Shown one piece after another: positions 18,017 to 28,139 of a stretch of 64,000 nucleotides of DNA. This DNA is from a virus: positions 1-64,000 of the IMG/VR virus record IMGVR_UViG_3300017917_004441. The stretch is one strand, 5' to 3'. A program made the translations under genes and the position numbers. A model generated the notes under the pieces. It had not been told where the DNA came from. It made no database searches and saw nothing but the letters and a program-made list of their open reading frames with translations. The stretch's first letter is position 1. Each line of letters begins with the position of its first letter.

Positions 18017-19137
18017 TATAGTAATACTCTTTCTTGTTTACCAAACTCACGTTTGTAGATTGTTTCTCCTTTGTCGGGACTTTCATAGATATAGACCTTT
18101 TCTGACTTGTCTTTTTCTACTTGTTCTTCAATCCATTTATATGTCTTTTCCATACCTTCTCTTAGAGTTAGTTTTGATTCCCAACCCACTTTTTCACGAT
18201 ATAATTTGTTATCGGAGTTTCTTCCTCTAACACCAAGTGGACAAGGGAATCCATATTTATTTAAGAATTCTTCACCCTCAATATTTTTGATTTTGATATC
18301 TTTTCCCGATAGATCGATTGCGATCTGAGCGAGTTCGTTGATGGTTACCATTTCTTCTGATCCGATATTCACAGGACCTGTGAAATCACTCTCCATGAGT
18401 CTTAGAACCGCCTCTACACACTCATCTACATATAAAAATGAACGTGTCTGTTGTCCATCACCCCAAACCTCTAATTGATATTCGGGTCTTGGTTGACCAG
18501 GTACTTTATCCCAATCGTTTACCTCGGCGGCTTTTCTACACATAGCGGCAGGTGATTTCTCTTTTCCACCCTTCCATGTACCTTGAGGTCCGAAGATATT
18601 GTGGAATCGTGCAATTCTCACATCCAACCCGTAGTTTCTATTGAATGCCAAGAATAATCTCTCAGAGAATAGTTTTTCCCAACCATACTCTGAGTCGGGG
18701 TTTGCCGGATATGCTGAGGACTCCTCACAGTTGGGGTTATCGGGGTTGAGTTGATTGTGTTCGGGGTACATACACGCAGAGGATGAGTAGAATACCTTAC
18801 CAACTTTTTTCTTTACACACTCGTGAGAGACGTTGAGGTTTATCAACGCAGAATTGTGCATTACGTTGGCGTCATTCTCTCCCGTGAAGATATAACCAGC
18901 TCCACCCATATCGGCAGCCAATTGATAAACTTCATCAATGGTATCGTCAATAACTAAAGATACCACGTGTGGATCACGTAGATCTCCAACAATAAATTCA
19001 TTACAGATCTCGTCTTGTGAGAAGTATTCGTGTCTTTTGATATCACAAACTCTAACCCAGTTACCTTCGGTTTTTAGTCTCTTGGCCAAATGTCCGCCAA
19101 TAAAACCACCACCACCAAGAACAACAATTTTCTTCAT
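18016..19137 (-). CDS. NAD-dependent epimerase, GDP-mannose 3',5'-epimerase-like
   Basis: GGGGFIG, LAADMGG, YSSSACMYP, YGWEK, RFHNIFGP, EKSPAAMCRK, GVRGRNSDN. Confidence 0.88.
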   Translation of the reverse strand: MKKIVVLGGGGFIGGHLAKRLKTEGNWVRVCDIKRHEYFSQDEICNEFIVGDLRDPHVVSLVIDDTIDEVYQLAADMGGAGYIFTGENDANVMHNSALINLNVSHECVKKKVGKVFYSSSACMYPEHNQLNPDNPNCEESSAYPANPDSEYGWEKLFSERLFLAFNRNYGLDVRIARFHNIFGPQGTWKGGKEKSPAAMCRKAAEVNDWDKVPGQPRPEYQLEVWGDGQQTRSFLYVDECVEAVLRLMESDFTGPVNIGSEEMVTINELAQIAIDLSGKDIKIKNIEGEEFLNKYGFPCPLGVRGRNSDNKLYREKVGWESKLTLREGMEKTYKWIEEQVEKDKSEKVYIYESPDKGETIYKREFGKQERVLL

Positions 19138-19180
19138 AGTTTTTTTCTAATAATAATAAATCTAAACAAAGTTGTATAGA

Positions 19181-20182
19181 TTATAAAGGGAGAACATAAC
19201 CCTGAACTGAAGAACCTTTTTTGTAAAATTTGATTTGTTTTCCAAAATCTTTGGACATCTCCAAGGGATTTTTTCCCCTGATGAATTCCTCTTCCTCAAA
19301 TACAATCACAGAGTATCCCAACGATATAATTTCTTTGATGACTTGGTATTTGTTGTAATCCACAAGATTGGATTCAGAATAACAAAGACCGTCGATAACA
19401 ATATTGGTTGTCTTCGGGGTTTCAGATTTTAGGAATTCTTCCACCACAAAATCTGTGTTCTTTTGTTTTTCCATCACCACGTTTTTGGCTACATTATTTG
19501 GTAGTTTCTGTAGATCAATGTATTTGGATAGAACTTCGTTTCTCAGTACATCCTCTTTGTATTCAACTTGTGGTTTGTGATCCAAGAAAGATTCAAATAG
19601 TGAATATTCTTCCATAACTGAACCACGAATCAACGTATTCTTGTAGTTAACGAGAGATAAATTTTTAGATAACTTCTCTTGTGATAAACCCAAGTTCAAT
19701 AATTCCACACTCAAAGAATTCATACTAAAAATGTGAACGTTTTTGAAGAAGAATTTATTCAGAAAATCCGATACCTGAGACACCACCCATGGGTTCAAAG
19801 TTCCGATCGGTATACGTGGGGGGATAATGTTGGTGTTGTGTATTGGTAAAAAACATACGTTGATATTCATGGGATTTAGAATCTCATGAATCTTTTTTGT
19901 CTGACCAGGATTTACGTCACAACAAATAACAAATATCTTATTATCTACAGAGATCCCATTTTCAAAACAGTATCCCCATAGTTCAACCATCTCATCCAAC
20001 TTTTTGGTTTCAAACCATCCTTCCGAAGACAAAATGGAATCTTGAAAAAATAGAACAATATCGTTTTCTATTATTGAACTTTCAGTTTCGTGGAAGTTTA
20101 CGGTATAACCTCTCTCAAGTAACTCAAAAACGTACTTTCCTTTGAGTGGGGAATCTCCCCAAATGACAACTTCCTTATTCAT
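19181..20182 (-). CDS. Degenerate UDP-glucose/GDP-mannose dehydrogenase-like protein
   Basis: Remnants VICCDVNPG (cf. STVPPG), SVELLNL, IVIDGLCY; no intact GxGxxG. Confidence 0.45.
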   Translation of the reverse strand: MNKEVVIWGDSPLKGKYVFELLERGYTVNFHETESSIIENDIVLFFQDSILSSEGWFETKKLDEMVELWGYCFENGISVDNKIFVICCDVNPGQTKKIHEILNPMNINVCFLPIHNTNIIPPRIPIGTLNPWVVSQVSDFLNKFFFKNVHIFSMNSLSVELLNLGLSQEKLSKNLSLVNYKNTLIRGSVMEEYSLFESFLDHKPQVEYKEDVLRNEVLSKYIDLQKLPNNVAKNVVMEKQKNTDFVVEEFLKSETPKTTNIVIDGLCYSESNLVDYNKYQVIKEIISLGYSVIVFEEEEFIRGKNPLEMSKDFGKQIKFYKKGSSVQGYVLPL

Positions 20183-20187
20183 GTATT

Positions 20188-20781
20188 TTATTTCTGATAG
20201 TTGCGATTTTTTAGAACTGTAAGTCCGTTATTGTTCTTATAGATTTTGTGAATCTCCCAAGATTTACCCAAATCAGTTGTTAGGAAATCTTCAACGGCAG
20301 TCATAAGTCCTTGTTTTTCTGATTTTTTGGTTTTTATAATATCACTGGCGTGGTTATAGATATTTTCATCGGTTCTACCGAAGTATTCTGTGTCGTGTAA
20401 TGCGATGTATTTTGAGACCTTTGATGAGTGTAATCTGAGTTCTTCAGTGAGTTGATCGTAGGTATGGAGTGTGTCAATAAAAAGAAACTCTGTGGGTTCA
20501 ATTTCTAATTTTAGGACATCTCTTTCTTCAAATGTATAATTGATTGAATATTCTCTACAGAGATCTATGACTTCATTGATGTTTGGATTTGTTACAATAT
20601 CGTAACTAATCACTTTGTTTGGTCGTGCGTTGACAAAAGCCCAAGTTGATGATACCCACCTTACACCCATTTCAGTTATGTGAGAACATTCCTGACTAAG
20701 TTCATAAAGGGTTATCAAGTGTTCATTTATGTCTGAAGCTTTTGATCTGTGACTATTGAATTTTTCTGTAATTTTTTGCAT
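20188..20781 (-). CDS. Class I SAM methyltransferase (Methyltransf_24-like)
   Basis: EMGVR, FLFIDTLHTY, IALHDT, NNNGLTVL. Confidence 0.8.
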   Translation of the reverse strand: MQKITEKFNSHRSKASDINEHLITLYELSQECSHITEMGVRWVSSTWAFVNARPNKVISYDIVTNPNINEVIDLCREYSINYTFEERDVLKLEIEPTEFLFIDTLHTYDQLTEELRLHSSKVSKYIALHDTEYFGRTDENIYNHASDIIKTKKSEKQGLMTAVEDFLTTDLGKSWEIHKIYKNNNGLTVLKNRNYQK

Positions 20782-20782
20782 T

Positions 20783-21436
20783 TTAACTAACTTGTTTGTA
20801 TTTTATTTCATGTATACGTTTCATAATCACAGTGTCTTGTATTCTCTCTGATTGTTTACATCTGTAATGGTACTGGTTCACGTCAACATTTTCTGTTACA
20901 TTTAGGAATGTTTGTCTTGTTAGATCTCCGATTGGATTTACACCGATTTTATTCATCATTTGTCCCATTGCGACATCATCAATCATCCCGTGATTCCAAG
21001 AATCTTTATTGACTATAACGTGTTGAACCAAATCTTTGGATATAACATATCCAGCTCCACTAGCAAATTTTACTCCGTTGTCTAATCCTACAACACCATC
21101 GTATGTATACTTTTTTTGGTTAAGTTTTTCATATAATTTCGGTAAATCAACGTAGGAGGATAAATTGGTTCTGAAGATGTAATCAAACTCGTAATTATTT
21201 AATAAAAATTCAAAGGCTTGAATGGTTTTTCTACCGATACTATCTAATTTTTCTTCACCTTTTGCATAAAACTTATCACCGTCCAAATAAGGATGTTGTA
21301 TGTCAGGTTTGGAATATAAATAAAAAATTTCCCAGTGTTCACTTTTCAATGAACCCCAAGTTTCACGGATAGTTTGTTCTAAAAATTGATACGTATCCGA
21401 ATTTTCATCACTAATTACCAAAACTAAAAATTTCAT
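20783..21436 (-). CDS. GT31/Fringe-like glycosyltransferase
   Basis: IRETW, KTIQAF, FDYIFRTNLSSYV, FASGAGYVISKDLV, DDVAMG. Confidence 0.75.
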   Translation of the reverse strand: MKFLVLVISDENSDTYQFLEQTIRETWGSLKSEHWEIFYLYSKPDIQHPYLDGDKFYAKGEEKLDSIGRKTIQAFEFLLNNYEFDYIFRTNLSSYVDLPKLYEKLNQKKYTYDGVVGLDNGVKFASGAGYVISKDLVQHVIVNKDSWNHGMIDDVAMGQMMNKIGVNPIGDLTRQTFLNVTENVDVNQYHYRCKQSERIQDTVIMKRIHEIKYKQVS

Positions 21437-22158
21437 TTCACTAAATCTTCAATCAATTTATCAATTATCTCTTTATACTTATCGTAAGGTCTGAGTAAGT
21501 GTGAATCAATGTAGTTATCCATTTCTTCTGTATCATATTCCCAAAAAATCCTATCAATTCTCCAATCAGCTTTCCCTGTTGACCATCCTCTGTTTAGTTT
21601 CACTATTCTGTGCTGATCTTTGAATTTGTTGACATATTCTCCAAAAAATAATTCATCAGTGTTCCACCCCTGACCTCTTTTGATCAAAGACCTACAAAAA
21701 CTTTCAAAACTATTATACCGACTTAGTTGAAGCACCTCGTCAAAGGTTTTTCCTTTTGCTGAGATGTAACACATTGGATATCTGTTGATGTAAGGATTAT
21801 AAGCATCTGCACTGTAAATCACCATGGAATTACCCTCAACATCTACCACATTATCTTTGAAGTATTTTTCACTCATAGGAAGCATGTCAATGTCTGAAAT
21901 TAAACAAACCTTTTCTTCAAAAAATTTGGTGATCCACATCCTTGAAACTTGAGATTGAAATCCTGTGTCAATTCCTTCTACTTTCTTGATGTTGAATATA
22001 ATATGGTCACCATAATCAACTACTTCATCCGAATCTCCTATGTTGATCAATATTGGTTTTATCTTTACATGGTTGATCCATACAGGTTTAACAACCTCCC
22101 AAAAATCTTTATAGGTCGGGTTGTCATTTGTACTAACGATAGCGTAATCAATAATCAT
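21433..22158 (-). CDS. Putative GT-A glycosyltransferase
   Basis: SQVSR, ISDIDMLP (DxD), YPMCY, WNTDE, DSHLLRP. Confidence 0.6.
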   Translation of the reverse strand: MIIDYAIVSTNDNPTYKDFWEVVKPVWINHVKIKPILINIGDSDEVVDYGDHIIFNIKKVEGIDTGFQSQVSRMWITKFFEEKVCLISDIDMLPMSEKYFKDNVVDVEGNSMVIYSADAYNPYINRYPMCYISAKGKTFDEVLQLSRYNSFESFCRSLIKRGQGWNTDELFFGEYVNKFKDQHRIVKLNRGWSTGKADWRIDRIFWEYDTEEMDNYIDSHLLRPYDKYKEIIDKLIEDLVK

Positions 22159-22826
22159 AACTTATAAAACTGTTGAAGTGCTCTCCAATCTTCTGTTGTT
22201 GGAGTTCCATCAGGGTTTATACGTTCACCAACAAAACGGTAATTTGTACGGGGTGTTGGGAAGGGTTTCCCAGAGAAGAAATCATCATGTTCTAACATAT
22301 CCTCTTGGAAGATTTGATAGATTGTCTTTAGGAAAGTTTGATCCAAACCATATTTGAATTCTTTATCCTTACAGAATCTTTCAATTTGTTGAGTAAATGG
22401 AATTACATTACCTTTTATTCCCCACATTCCAGCTAAAATCCCAATAGAGTTGTTACCGAAAGGTATTCTGTGTGCTGGGTGATCTCTCATCACGTGTAGA
22501 GACTTTTTAGATAGGATCCAATCATTTACGGCATCTACCTCACGTTGACTCAATCTTGAATCACAATCTCTAAAAATTACATACTCACAATCATCAATGT
22601 CAGCGGCAAAAAATCTCCAAAATGGACCGTATTTTACACCATCCATATTGAAGACTAAAGAACCATTATTCTGAATCTCATCAATAATTTCTTTCGGAAC
22701 TGAATTATCGTAATAGAAAATACCTTGCCATTCAGGATAAAATTCTTTTATCTGAAGTGAATTTATAATTGCACCTTTAGTGTACAATTCGTTAGTTCCC
22801 CACAAACTATAACTAACGTATTTCAT
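22155..22826 (-). CDS. Putative glycosyltransferase
   Basis: SYSLWG, FWRF, FRDCDSR (DxD), MRDH, ILAGMWG, DQTFL. Confidence 0.6.
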   Translation of the reverse strand: MKYVSYSLWGTNELYTKGAIINSLQIKEFYPEWQGIFYYDNSVPKEIIDEIQNNGSLVFNMDGVKYGPFWRFFAADIDDCEYVIFRDCDSRLSQREVDAVNDWILSKKSLHVMRDHPAHRIPFGNNSIGILAGMWGIKGNVIPFTQQIERFCKDKEFKYGLDQTFLKTIYQIFQEDMLEHDDFFSGKPFPTPRTNYRFVGERINPDGTPTTEDWRALQQFYKL

Positions 22827-22827
22827 T

Positions 22828-24246
22828 TTACTTTGACATTAGGGTCCTCAATGAATCGTCCATGTTTACGGCATGTCCTTGGGTTTTATGTGAATCCAAC
22901 TGAAGGTGTTTCAGTAATCCTTGTGTAATGAGTTGTTTTTTCTTTCTCATGTGAGCAAAGAAAGTGATTGATCTCTCATGAGCATGACCACAGGTTTTTG
23001 TATCCTTCAAGTAAGGAATCAAAGGTTCAAACCATTTCATATATTCCTCAAATACATCCGATCTAAAAGTTGTGTTAGATGTTGAGGACCAAATTGCCTG
23101 TGGGTTCTTCTGAACTAATTTGGTAAAATATTGTGGTAAGTCATGATTGTAGACTTCTTTGATTGCTGGTAAGATATACTCAACCCAATCTTTATTTGCA
23201 ATAAATTGAAAATGGTTAATTGGAAATGCAACATATCCAATCATTTCTGTGTTTTGTTCGTAAAACTTTGCGTGTTGTTGGTCAATGTTTGGATCCAAAA
23301 GAACATCATATTCAAACATGTTTACATACTTGGTTTTGATAAGACCATTTTTCCATAGGGCGTACCAACCAGTAAATGATGTGAACAAGGGATATTCTTC
23401 TAAGTTGTGTTCCAAATCCCGTGCAACTATTAGATTCTGCAAGTGAGAAATCTCATCAACAGGTCGGTTACCCAAAAATACGTAAGTGTATTTGTATAAA
23501 CCGTGAAATTTCTTGTTTTCTTCAAACTCCAAAATCAATTTTTGGTCGTGACAGAAAATGAATGTTTCATTTTGATCTTGTGGGAGAATATTGATTGGTA
23601 ATACAGATTGATACTTGTTGGCAAAGTTTTGTCTGTTTATTTCCCATTGTTCGTTTGTTTGTCCTATAGAAAGGTGAGTCACTCTTACCATTGTTGTCAC
23701 TCCAACTTTTACACCATCCAAATAATTTTTTAGGGTAAAACCCAAATCATAAAAGTGAAAACCTGGTATAGATTCATCAAAATTGTGTTTGATTTTTGTT
23801 TTATCCACCGCAATAAAAAGACCGTCAGTAATAACCACATCTTCAAACTTCTGTCCAAGATCATTTGAGTAACTACTCGTCCATTTTTTTCCATCTTTTT
23901 TGTGGTTCACAATACCGTACATAGTTGGTGAAACAGTCCACCATTTGGCCGATTCGGGAAGGAACTTTGTTCCGGCAAGTCCTACAATGCCATAGTCAGG
24001 GTTTTTTTGAAAACCTTTCAACAATTTTTCACCCCAATTTTTGGTATCAAACTCCAAGTCATCGTGTAATAAAACAACGATATTATTTGACGATTCATTC
24101 AGAATCTCATTGTAAACTTGTGATAAAGATTTATCTCCATTGTTTACCTTCTCAATAATTTCTACTTCTTTGAACATACAAGTCTTCTGTATGTAATCAA
24201 TGTAGCTTTGATTATGTTCTCTTGTTGAAAATCCAATTGTAATCAT
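22828..24246 (-). CDS. Two-domain glycosyltransferase (GT2-like N-domain plus second GT-A-like domain)
   Basis: SLSQVYN, LLHDD, IVGLAG, DGLF, FHFYD; C-domain MFEYD...HAHER. Confidence 0.75.
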   Translation of the reverse strand: MITIGFSTREHNQSYIDYIQKTCMFKEVEIIEKVNNGDKSLSQVYNEILNESSNNIVVLLHDDLEFDTKNWGEKLLKGFQKNPDYGIVGLAGTKFLPESAKWWTVSPTMYGIVNHKKDGKKWTSSYSNDLGQKFEDVVITDGLFIAVDKTKIKHNFDESIPGFHFYDLGFTLKNYLDGVKVGVTTMVRVTHLSIGQTNEQWEINRQNFANKYQSVLPINILPQDQNETFIFCHDQKLILEFEENKKFHGLYKYTYVFLGNRPVDEISHLQNLIVARDLEHNLEEYPLFTSFTGWYALWKNGLIKTKYVNMFEYDVLLDPNIDQQHAKFYEQNTEMIGYVAFPINHFQFIANKDWVEYILPAIKEVYNHDLPQYFTKLVQKNPQAIWSSTSNTTFRSDVFEEYMKWFEPLIPYLKDTKTCGHAHERSITFFAHMRKKKQLITQGLLKHLQLDSHKTQGHAVNMDDSLRTLMSK

Positions 24247-24662
24247 TCAAAAACTTCTATGTTAAATTGTTTTTTAGTCATTTTGTTCCACCGACCCTCA
24301 TATCTTGTTGCTCTAACAATATGATTGTCAATCCAATGATAGTTTCCTCCACGTGGTTTATTCATCAAAATATTGTGGTACTTGTACCCATGTTTTTCTA
24401 ACCACTCTTGTGTGACCTGTCTGTGTGAATCTGTTCTTGAGGTAAAAAAAGTGATGATATGACCTTCGTCATACCATTTGTTGATCATTTCAACTGAACC
24501 CTCATATGGTAAACAAGTTTCCATTCTCCAAGGTTCTTCGTTCGGCACATCATCGGTTATAGTACCGTCAATATCAATAAGGTAATTTTTTACTCCATCA
24601 GGTAAGACTGGACTGATAGCATTTCCATTATATTCCTGTTGACCCAAATCCATTATCTCCAC
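24243..24662 (-). CDS. Small capless HAD phosphatase (capsule-biosynthesis phosphatase-like)
   Basis: LIDIDGTI, FFTSR, MNKP, WIDN. Confidence 0.8.
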   Translation of the reverse strand: MEIMDLGQQEYNGNAISPVLPDGVKNYLIDIDGTITDDVPNEEPWRMETCLPYEGSVEMINKWYDEGHIITFFTSRTDSHRQVTQEWLEKHGYKYHNILMNKPRGGNYHWIDNHIVRATRYEGRWNKMTKKQFNIEVFE

Positions 24663-25200
24663 GTTCTTTTTTATTTATAGTTTCTACTTCCGATAGGTGA
24701 ACCCACTTGCCAGCAACCACAGGTGTCAATACGGCTTGACCAATTTTTTGACCTTTGTTGATTTCCACAGGTGTTGCGTTTGTATTGAAGATAATAACTT
24801 TGATTTCACCATCATATCCTTGATCCACGGTACCAGGACTGTTGAGAACCATAAGTCCTTGATTAATTGCCAAACCACTTTTACTTCTTACTTGGATTTC
24901 ATATCCTTCGGGTATATCAAATTTCAAACCAGTTGGGACTAATGATCTTCCAAAACCTGTGATCTTTACATCAGTGGTACTGTATAGGTCAAATCCTGAG
25001 TCTGACGAATAGTTGTATTTCGGATCAATTGCATTTTCCGAGATCTTTGTAAATTTCAATGGAATTTGATGATCTCCACTCATAATTGCTTCATCCATTT
25101 CTTGAATAGGAAGACCATCAAGTTCTTCCTCAAAAACTTCTTCTTCCAAGTTCTTGAGTAACAATTCTAAGTTTCTTGCTAATTCCTCGTTAGTTGACAT
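24628..25200 (-). CDS. dut: Trimeric dUTPase
   Basis: SGFDL, RSKSGLA, NSPGTVDQGYDGEI, KIGQ, RGDNGFGSTG. Confidence 0.95.
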   Translation of the reverse strand: MSTNEELARNLELLLKNLEEEVFEEELDGLPIQEMDEAIMSGDHQIPLKFTKISENAIDPKYNYSSDSGFDLYSTTDVKITGFGRSLVPTGLKFDIPEGYEIQVRSKSGLAINQGLMVLNSPGTVDQGYDGEIKVIIFNTNATPVEINKGQKIGQAVLTPVVAGKWVHLSEVETINKKERGDNGFGSTGI

Positions 25201-25901
25201 TATTGTAGTTCTTTGAATTTTTTTATTACTTCTATTAGTACCAAGACATCTCGTTCACAATATTCTACGATTAAATCAAGTTGATCGTAATCATAAAATG
25301 CTTCGTGTACACGGTTTCCAGTGACTTCACCTTCTTTTGGGGATGGAACACCCATAGCAGCACACATAAGTTCTAATGATGCTAAACCATAATTGTTACC
25401 CATTCTCCAAATATCTAAGGTGTCAACCGCTTTGATCTCCCAAGGTTTAGTATCGTAGTTGGGTAATAGTGGTGATGGTTTGATTCCGTTGATAACCATA
25501 CGTTTGAGTAACATAGGAATATCAAACATCTTGATGTTATGACCACACAACCAAAAATCCATTTTGAAAACCTTGTTCATCAATTCATTCACATCTCTTA
25601 AGAGTTTTTTTTCATCTTTGTCGGAGAATGTCTGTTTGTGAACTTTACCATCAGGAGTAACAAAAGCAAAACTGGCACAAACAATTCTTGAGAATTCAGG
25701 AACCAAAGCAGCTCTGTTCACAAATATTTGTTCGGGTGGTAAATCCTTATCTTCAGGAAAGCGTTTGATGAACCAATCAAAATAGTTTAAAAATTGCTTT
25801 TTCAATTCAGGGTATTCTTTCCCCAATTGTTCATAATCTTTAACAATTCCGATTGTCTCTAAATCAAAAAAGAGAATCTTGCTGATTTGTGGTTGGATCA
25901 T
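25200..25901 (-). CDS. DEDDy 3'-5' exonuclease (PolB-exo-like, stand-alone)
   Basis: FFDLET, GHNIKMFD, YCERDV. Confidence 0.85.
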   Translation of the reverse strand: MIQPQISKILFFDLETIGIVKDYEQLGKEYPELKKQFLNYFDWFIKRFPEDKDLPPEQIFVNRAALVPEFSRIVCASFAFVTPDGKVHKQTFSDKDEKKLLRDVNELMNKVFKMDFWLCGHNIKMFDIPMLLKRMVINGIKPSPLLPNYDTKPWEIKAVDTLDIWRMGNNYGLASLELMCAAMGVPSPKEGEVTGNRVHEAFYDYDQLDLIVEYCERDVLVLIEVIKKFKELQ

Positions 25902-27112
25902 TTTACTAAAGATTTATAATATTCAGCTCGTGCTTTGGTTACAATATTCAAATCGTAGATTGGTGCGACCGTTTCATAAAGTCGTTCACCTAAGTCCTGT
26001 GCAAAAGATGGGTTGTCAATTAGTTTTTTAGCGTACTTGAACCAATCCGAGTGGTTTCTACCTTCTTTTACCAACAAAGCGTTACCATCGGTGAAATTAC
26101 CATTATCCAAGGAGTGTTTCAAATCAATAGTGTAAGGACCCAAATCAGAAGCAATCAAAGCTTTTTTATAAAAACCAGCCTCAATAACTTTGAGTTGTGA
26201 TTTTACTCTGTTGAAAATGTGGTTCTTGATTGGTGCCATTGATACGTCAAACTTGGAGTAGTTTTTAGCATAACTTTGAATCGGACGTGTCCAAACTCTG
26301 TGATAAAATTCATCAGAGAATTGTGAATCATCAATCTCTTTGAATTGTAGCAAGTGATCTTTATACTCGGGTGAAATCAAAGAATACTTGTTGGTAAAAA
26401 TTGTTTCGTATTTGTACCAAACAGTCTCCAATGGTTGAATTGGGCGTTGTTTTTGTTCACCTGTTCTCTGATTGATTTCAGTTACAGTACCTCTAAGGTC
26501 AAATCCACACAGAAAAACCTGTGCCTTATCCTTCAGTGGGTGGATTTTGGAAAATAGGTTATCCAAAATCATAAGGTCGTGCAAGTGTGAAGAACCACCA
26601 AGCCACCCGAATCTTAATTTATCTGATTGTTGTGTTGGTTCTTTGAACTGTGGTTCATCAGGGTTGATAGCGTTTGGAAATACCTCAACATTTTTATTGT
26701 ATTTCTTAATTTCCTGAGCAAATATTGAAGTTGTGGTGGTAACATGTTGTACGTTTTTGATGTTTCGTACGATTTTCTCATGTAGTTTGTTATTCATGAT
26801 AAGGTCATGAATTGGGTGTTCTTTACCAGGTAACCAATAGTCGTCCAAATCCATTATAGTTATAATACCCATGGATTTCAGTTTGGATAAAAGACCCTCA
26901 ACTAACTCGTAGTTGGTACCAATAGTTCTGTGAAAATGTACTATTTGGTAACCTTTCCATAAATCATCATCATTTATATTGATATCATACATAATATCAA
27001 CGTGAAAATCATCTGGATATAGGTTCTGTAGGAATACGTGTGGATCTAATGATCTAAATTTACCCACACCTGTTCTATCGGAGGGTAATACCAATACTTT
27101 AATTTTGGACAT
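25898..27112 (-). CDS. Glycosyltransferase, GT-B/GT4-like
   Basis: DLDDYW, FGWLGGSSH, FNRVKSQLKVIEAG, IASD..PY. Confidence 0.8.
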   Translation of the reverse strand: MSKIKVLVLPSDRTGVGKFRSLDPHVFLQNLYPDDFHVDIMYDININDDDLWKGYQIVHFHRTIGTNYELVEGLLSKLKSMGIITIMDLDDYWLPGKEHPIHDLIMNNKLHEKIVRNIKNVQHVTTTTSIFAQEIKKYNKNVEVFPNAINPDEPQFKEPTQQSDKLRFGWLGGSSHLHDLMILDNLFSKIHPLKDKAQVFLCGFDLRGTVTEINQRTGEQKQRPIQPLETVWYKYETIFTNKYSLISPEYKDHLLQFKEIDDSQFSDEFYHRVWTRPIQSYAKNYSKFDVSMAPIKNHIFNRVKSQLKVIEAGFYKKALIASDLGPYTIDLKHSLDNGNFTDGNALLVKEGRNHSDWFKYAKKLIDNPSFAQDLGERLYETVAPIYDLNIVTKARAEYYKSLVK

Positions 27113-27161
27113 AAATTCTTTTTTCTAAAATATAGGAAAAAGAATTTCTAAAAAAAAGGTA

Positions 27162-27734
27162 TTACTTAACTTTCTTGATTTTGGTGATCACTCCTTCAAA
27201 AACATGTTGTCCGACTCTGAATGAAACATGTTCTTTGGTTTTTTGAGATGATTCAGTAATAACACCTTGTTCGGCCAAAACCTCTCTTACAACTTCTTTT
27301 AACATAGTTCTAAGATCAGAGTTATTTGGTATTGACTCGGTGATTACTTGTTTTTTTTGGGTTTGTGGTGCTACCTTTCCACTTGCATCAGTCTTCATTA
27401 GTCTTGAAGCGGCTTCAACTATTTCATCACTCAAGATAGTCTCGGTTCCCATTGCCTTAGGTTGTTCTATTGGGTGTTCAATCATCAACCTCTTGATTTC
27501 ATCAGGTAATTTTGAGTTAAGAATTCTATCTTTAGCGTTGAGGTTATTAGGAACCTGTTTTGGTTGTGGAGCTTCACCTAATAAATCTTGTGGGATATTG
27601 TACTTAGCATTTACAGGTTCAAAAGATTCTACCATAGATCTTCCACCATTTGATGAAGAACCTCTTCCCATGGAGTCTTGTCTCTCCATAATTTTTCTAG
27701 CGACAACTAATTTTTCTAATAATTCTTGATTCAT
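27162..27734 (-). CDS. Hypothetical protein (candidate head-internal protein)
   Basis: Contains VITES and LKEVVREVLAE repeats. Confidence 0.6.
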   Translation of the reverse strand: MNQELLEKLVVARKIMERQDSMGRGSSSNGGRSMVESFEPVNAKYNIPQDLLGEAPQPKQVPNNLNAKDRILNSKLPDEIKRLMIEHPIEQPKAMGTETILSDEIVEAASRLMKTDASGKVAPQTQKKQVITESIPNNSDLRTMLKEVVREVLAEQGVITESSQKTKEHVSFRVGQHVFEGVITKIKKVK

Positions 27735-28138
27735 TATACCGTTTCTCTTGTATCAAATTTAGCGATGGTAATGATACTTGTCATATCTTTATCACCATCA
27801 AAATTATAACCAGGTCTGGCTTTAGTAAAGTTCTTACGTAAAGGTTTGAACATTGTGGTACGATCAACACGGAATAATCTCCAACCTGGTTTTGGACTAT
27901 GTGGGTCTTGTAAGTATGCGGTATGAGAAGCACCCGCTTGATCCCAAGCCCTGAAAATTAAATTACCTTTTTTTGATCTACCCAAAGCCACGGGCTCAAT
28001 TTCTCTCAATCCTTTACCACCTGGCTCATCACCATCATAGTAAATTGAGCACACTTGTTTTTGGTCTATTGCTTTTCTAATGTCGTCAATAGATGCCGCC
28101 TCTGTGATGAGTTGAGTGAGAGCCTTGAGTAATTTCAT
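27734..28138 (-). CDS. Stand-alone WYL-domain protein
   Basis: IYY...LREIEPVALG...RAWD...WRLFRVDR. Confidence 0.8.
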   Translation of the reverse strand: MKLLKALTQLITEAASIDDIRKAIDQKQVCSIYYDGDEPGGKGLREIEPVALGRSKKGNLIFRAWDQAGASHTAYLQDPHSPKPGWRLFRVDRTTMFKPLRKNFTKARPGYNFDGDKDMTSIITIAKFDTRETV

Positions 28139-28139
28139 A

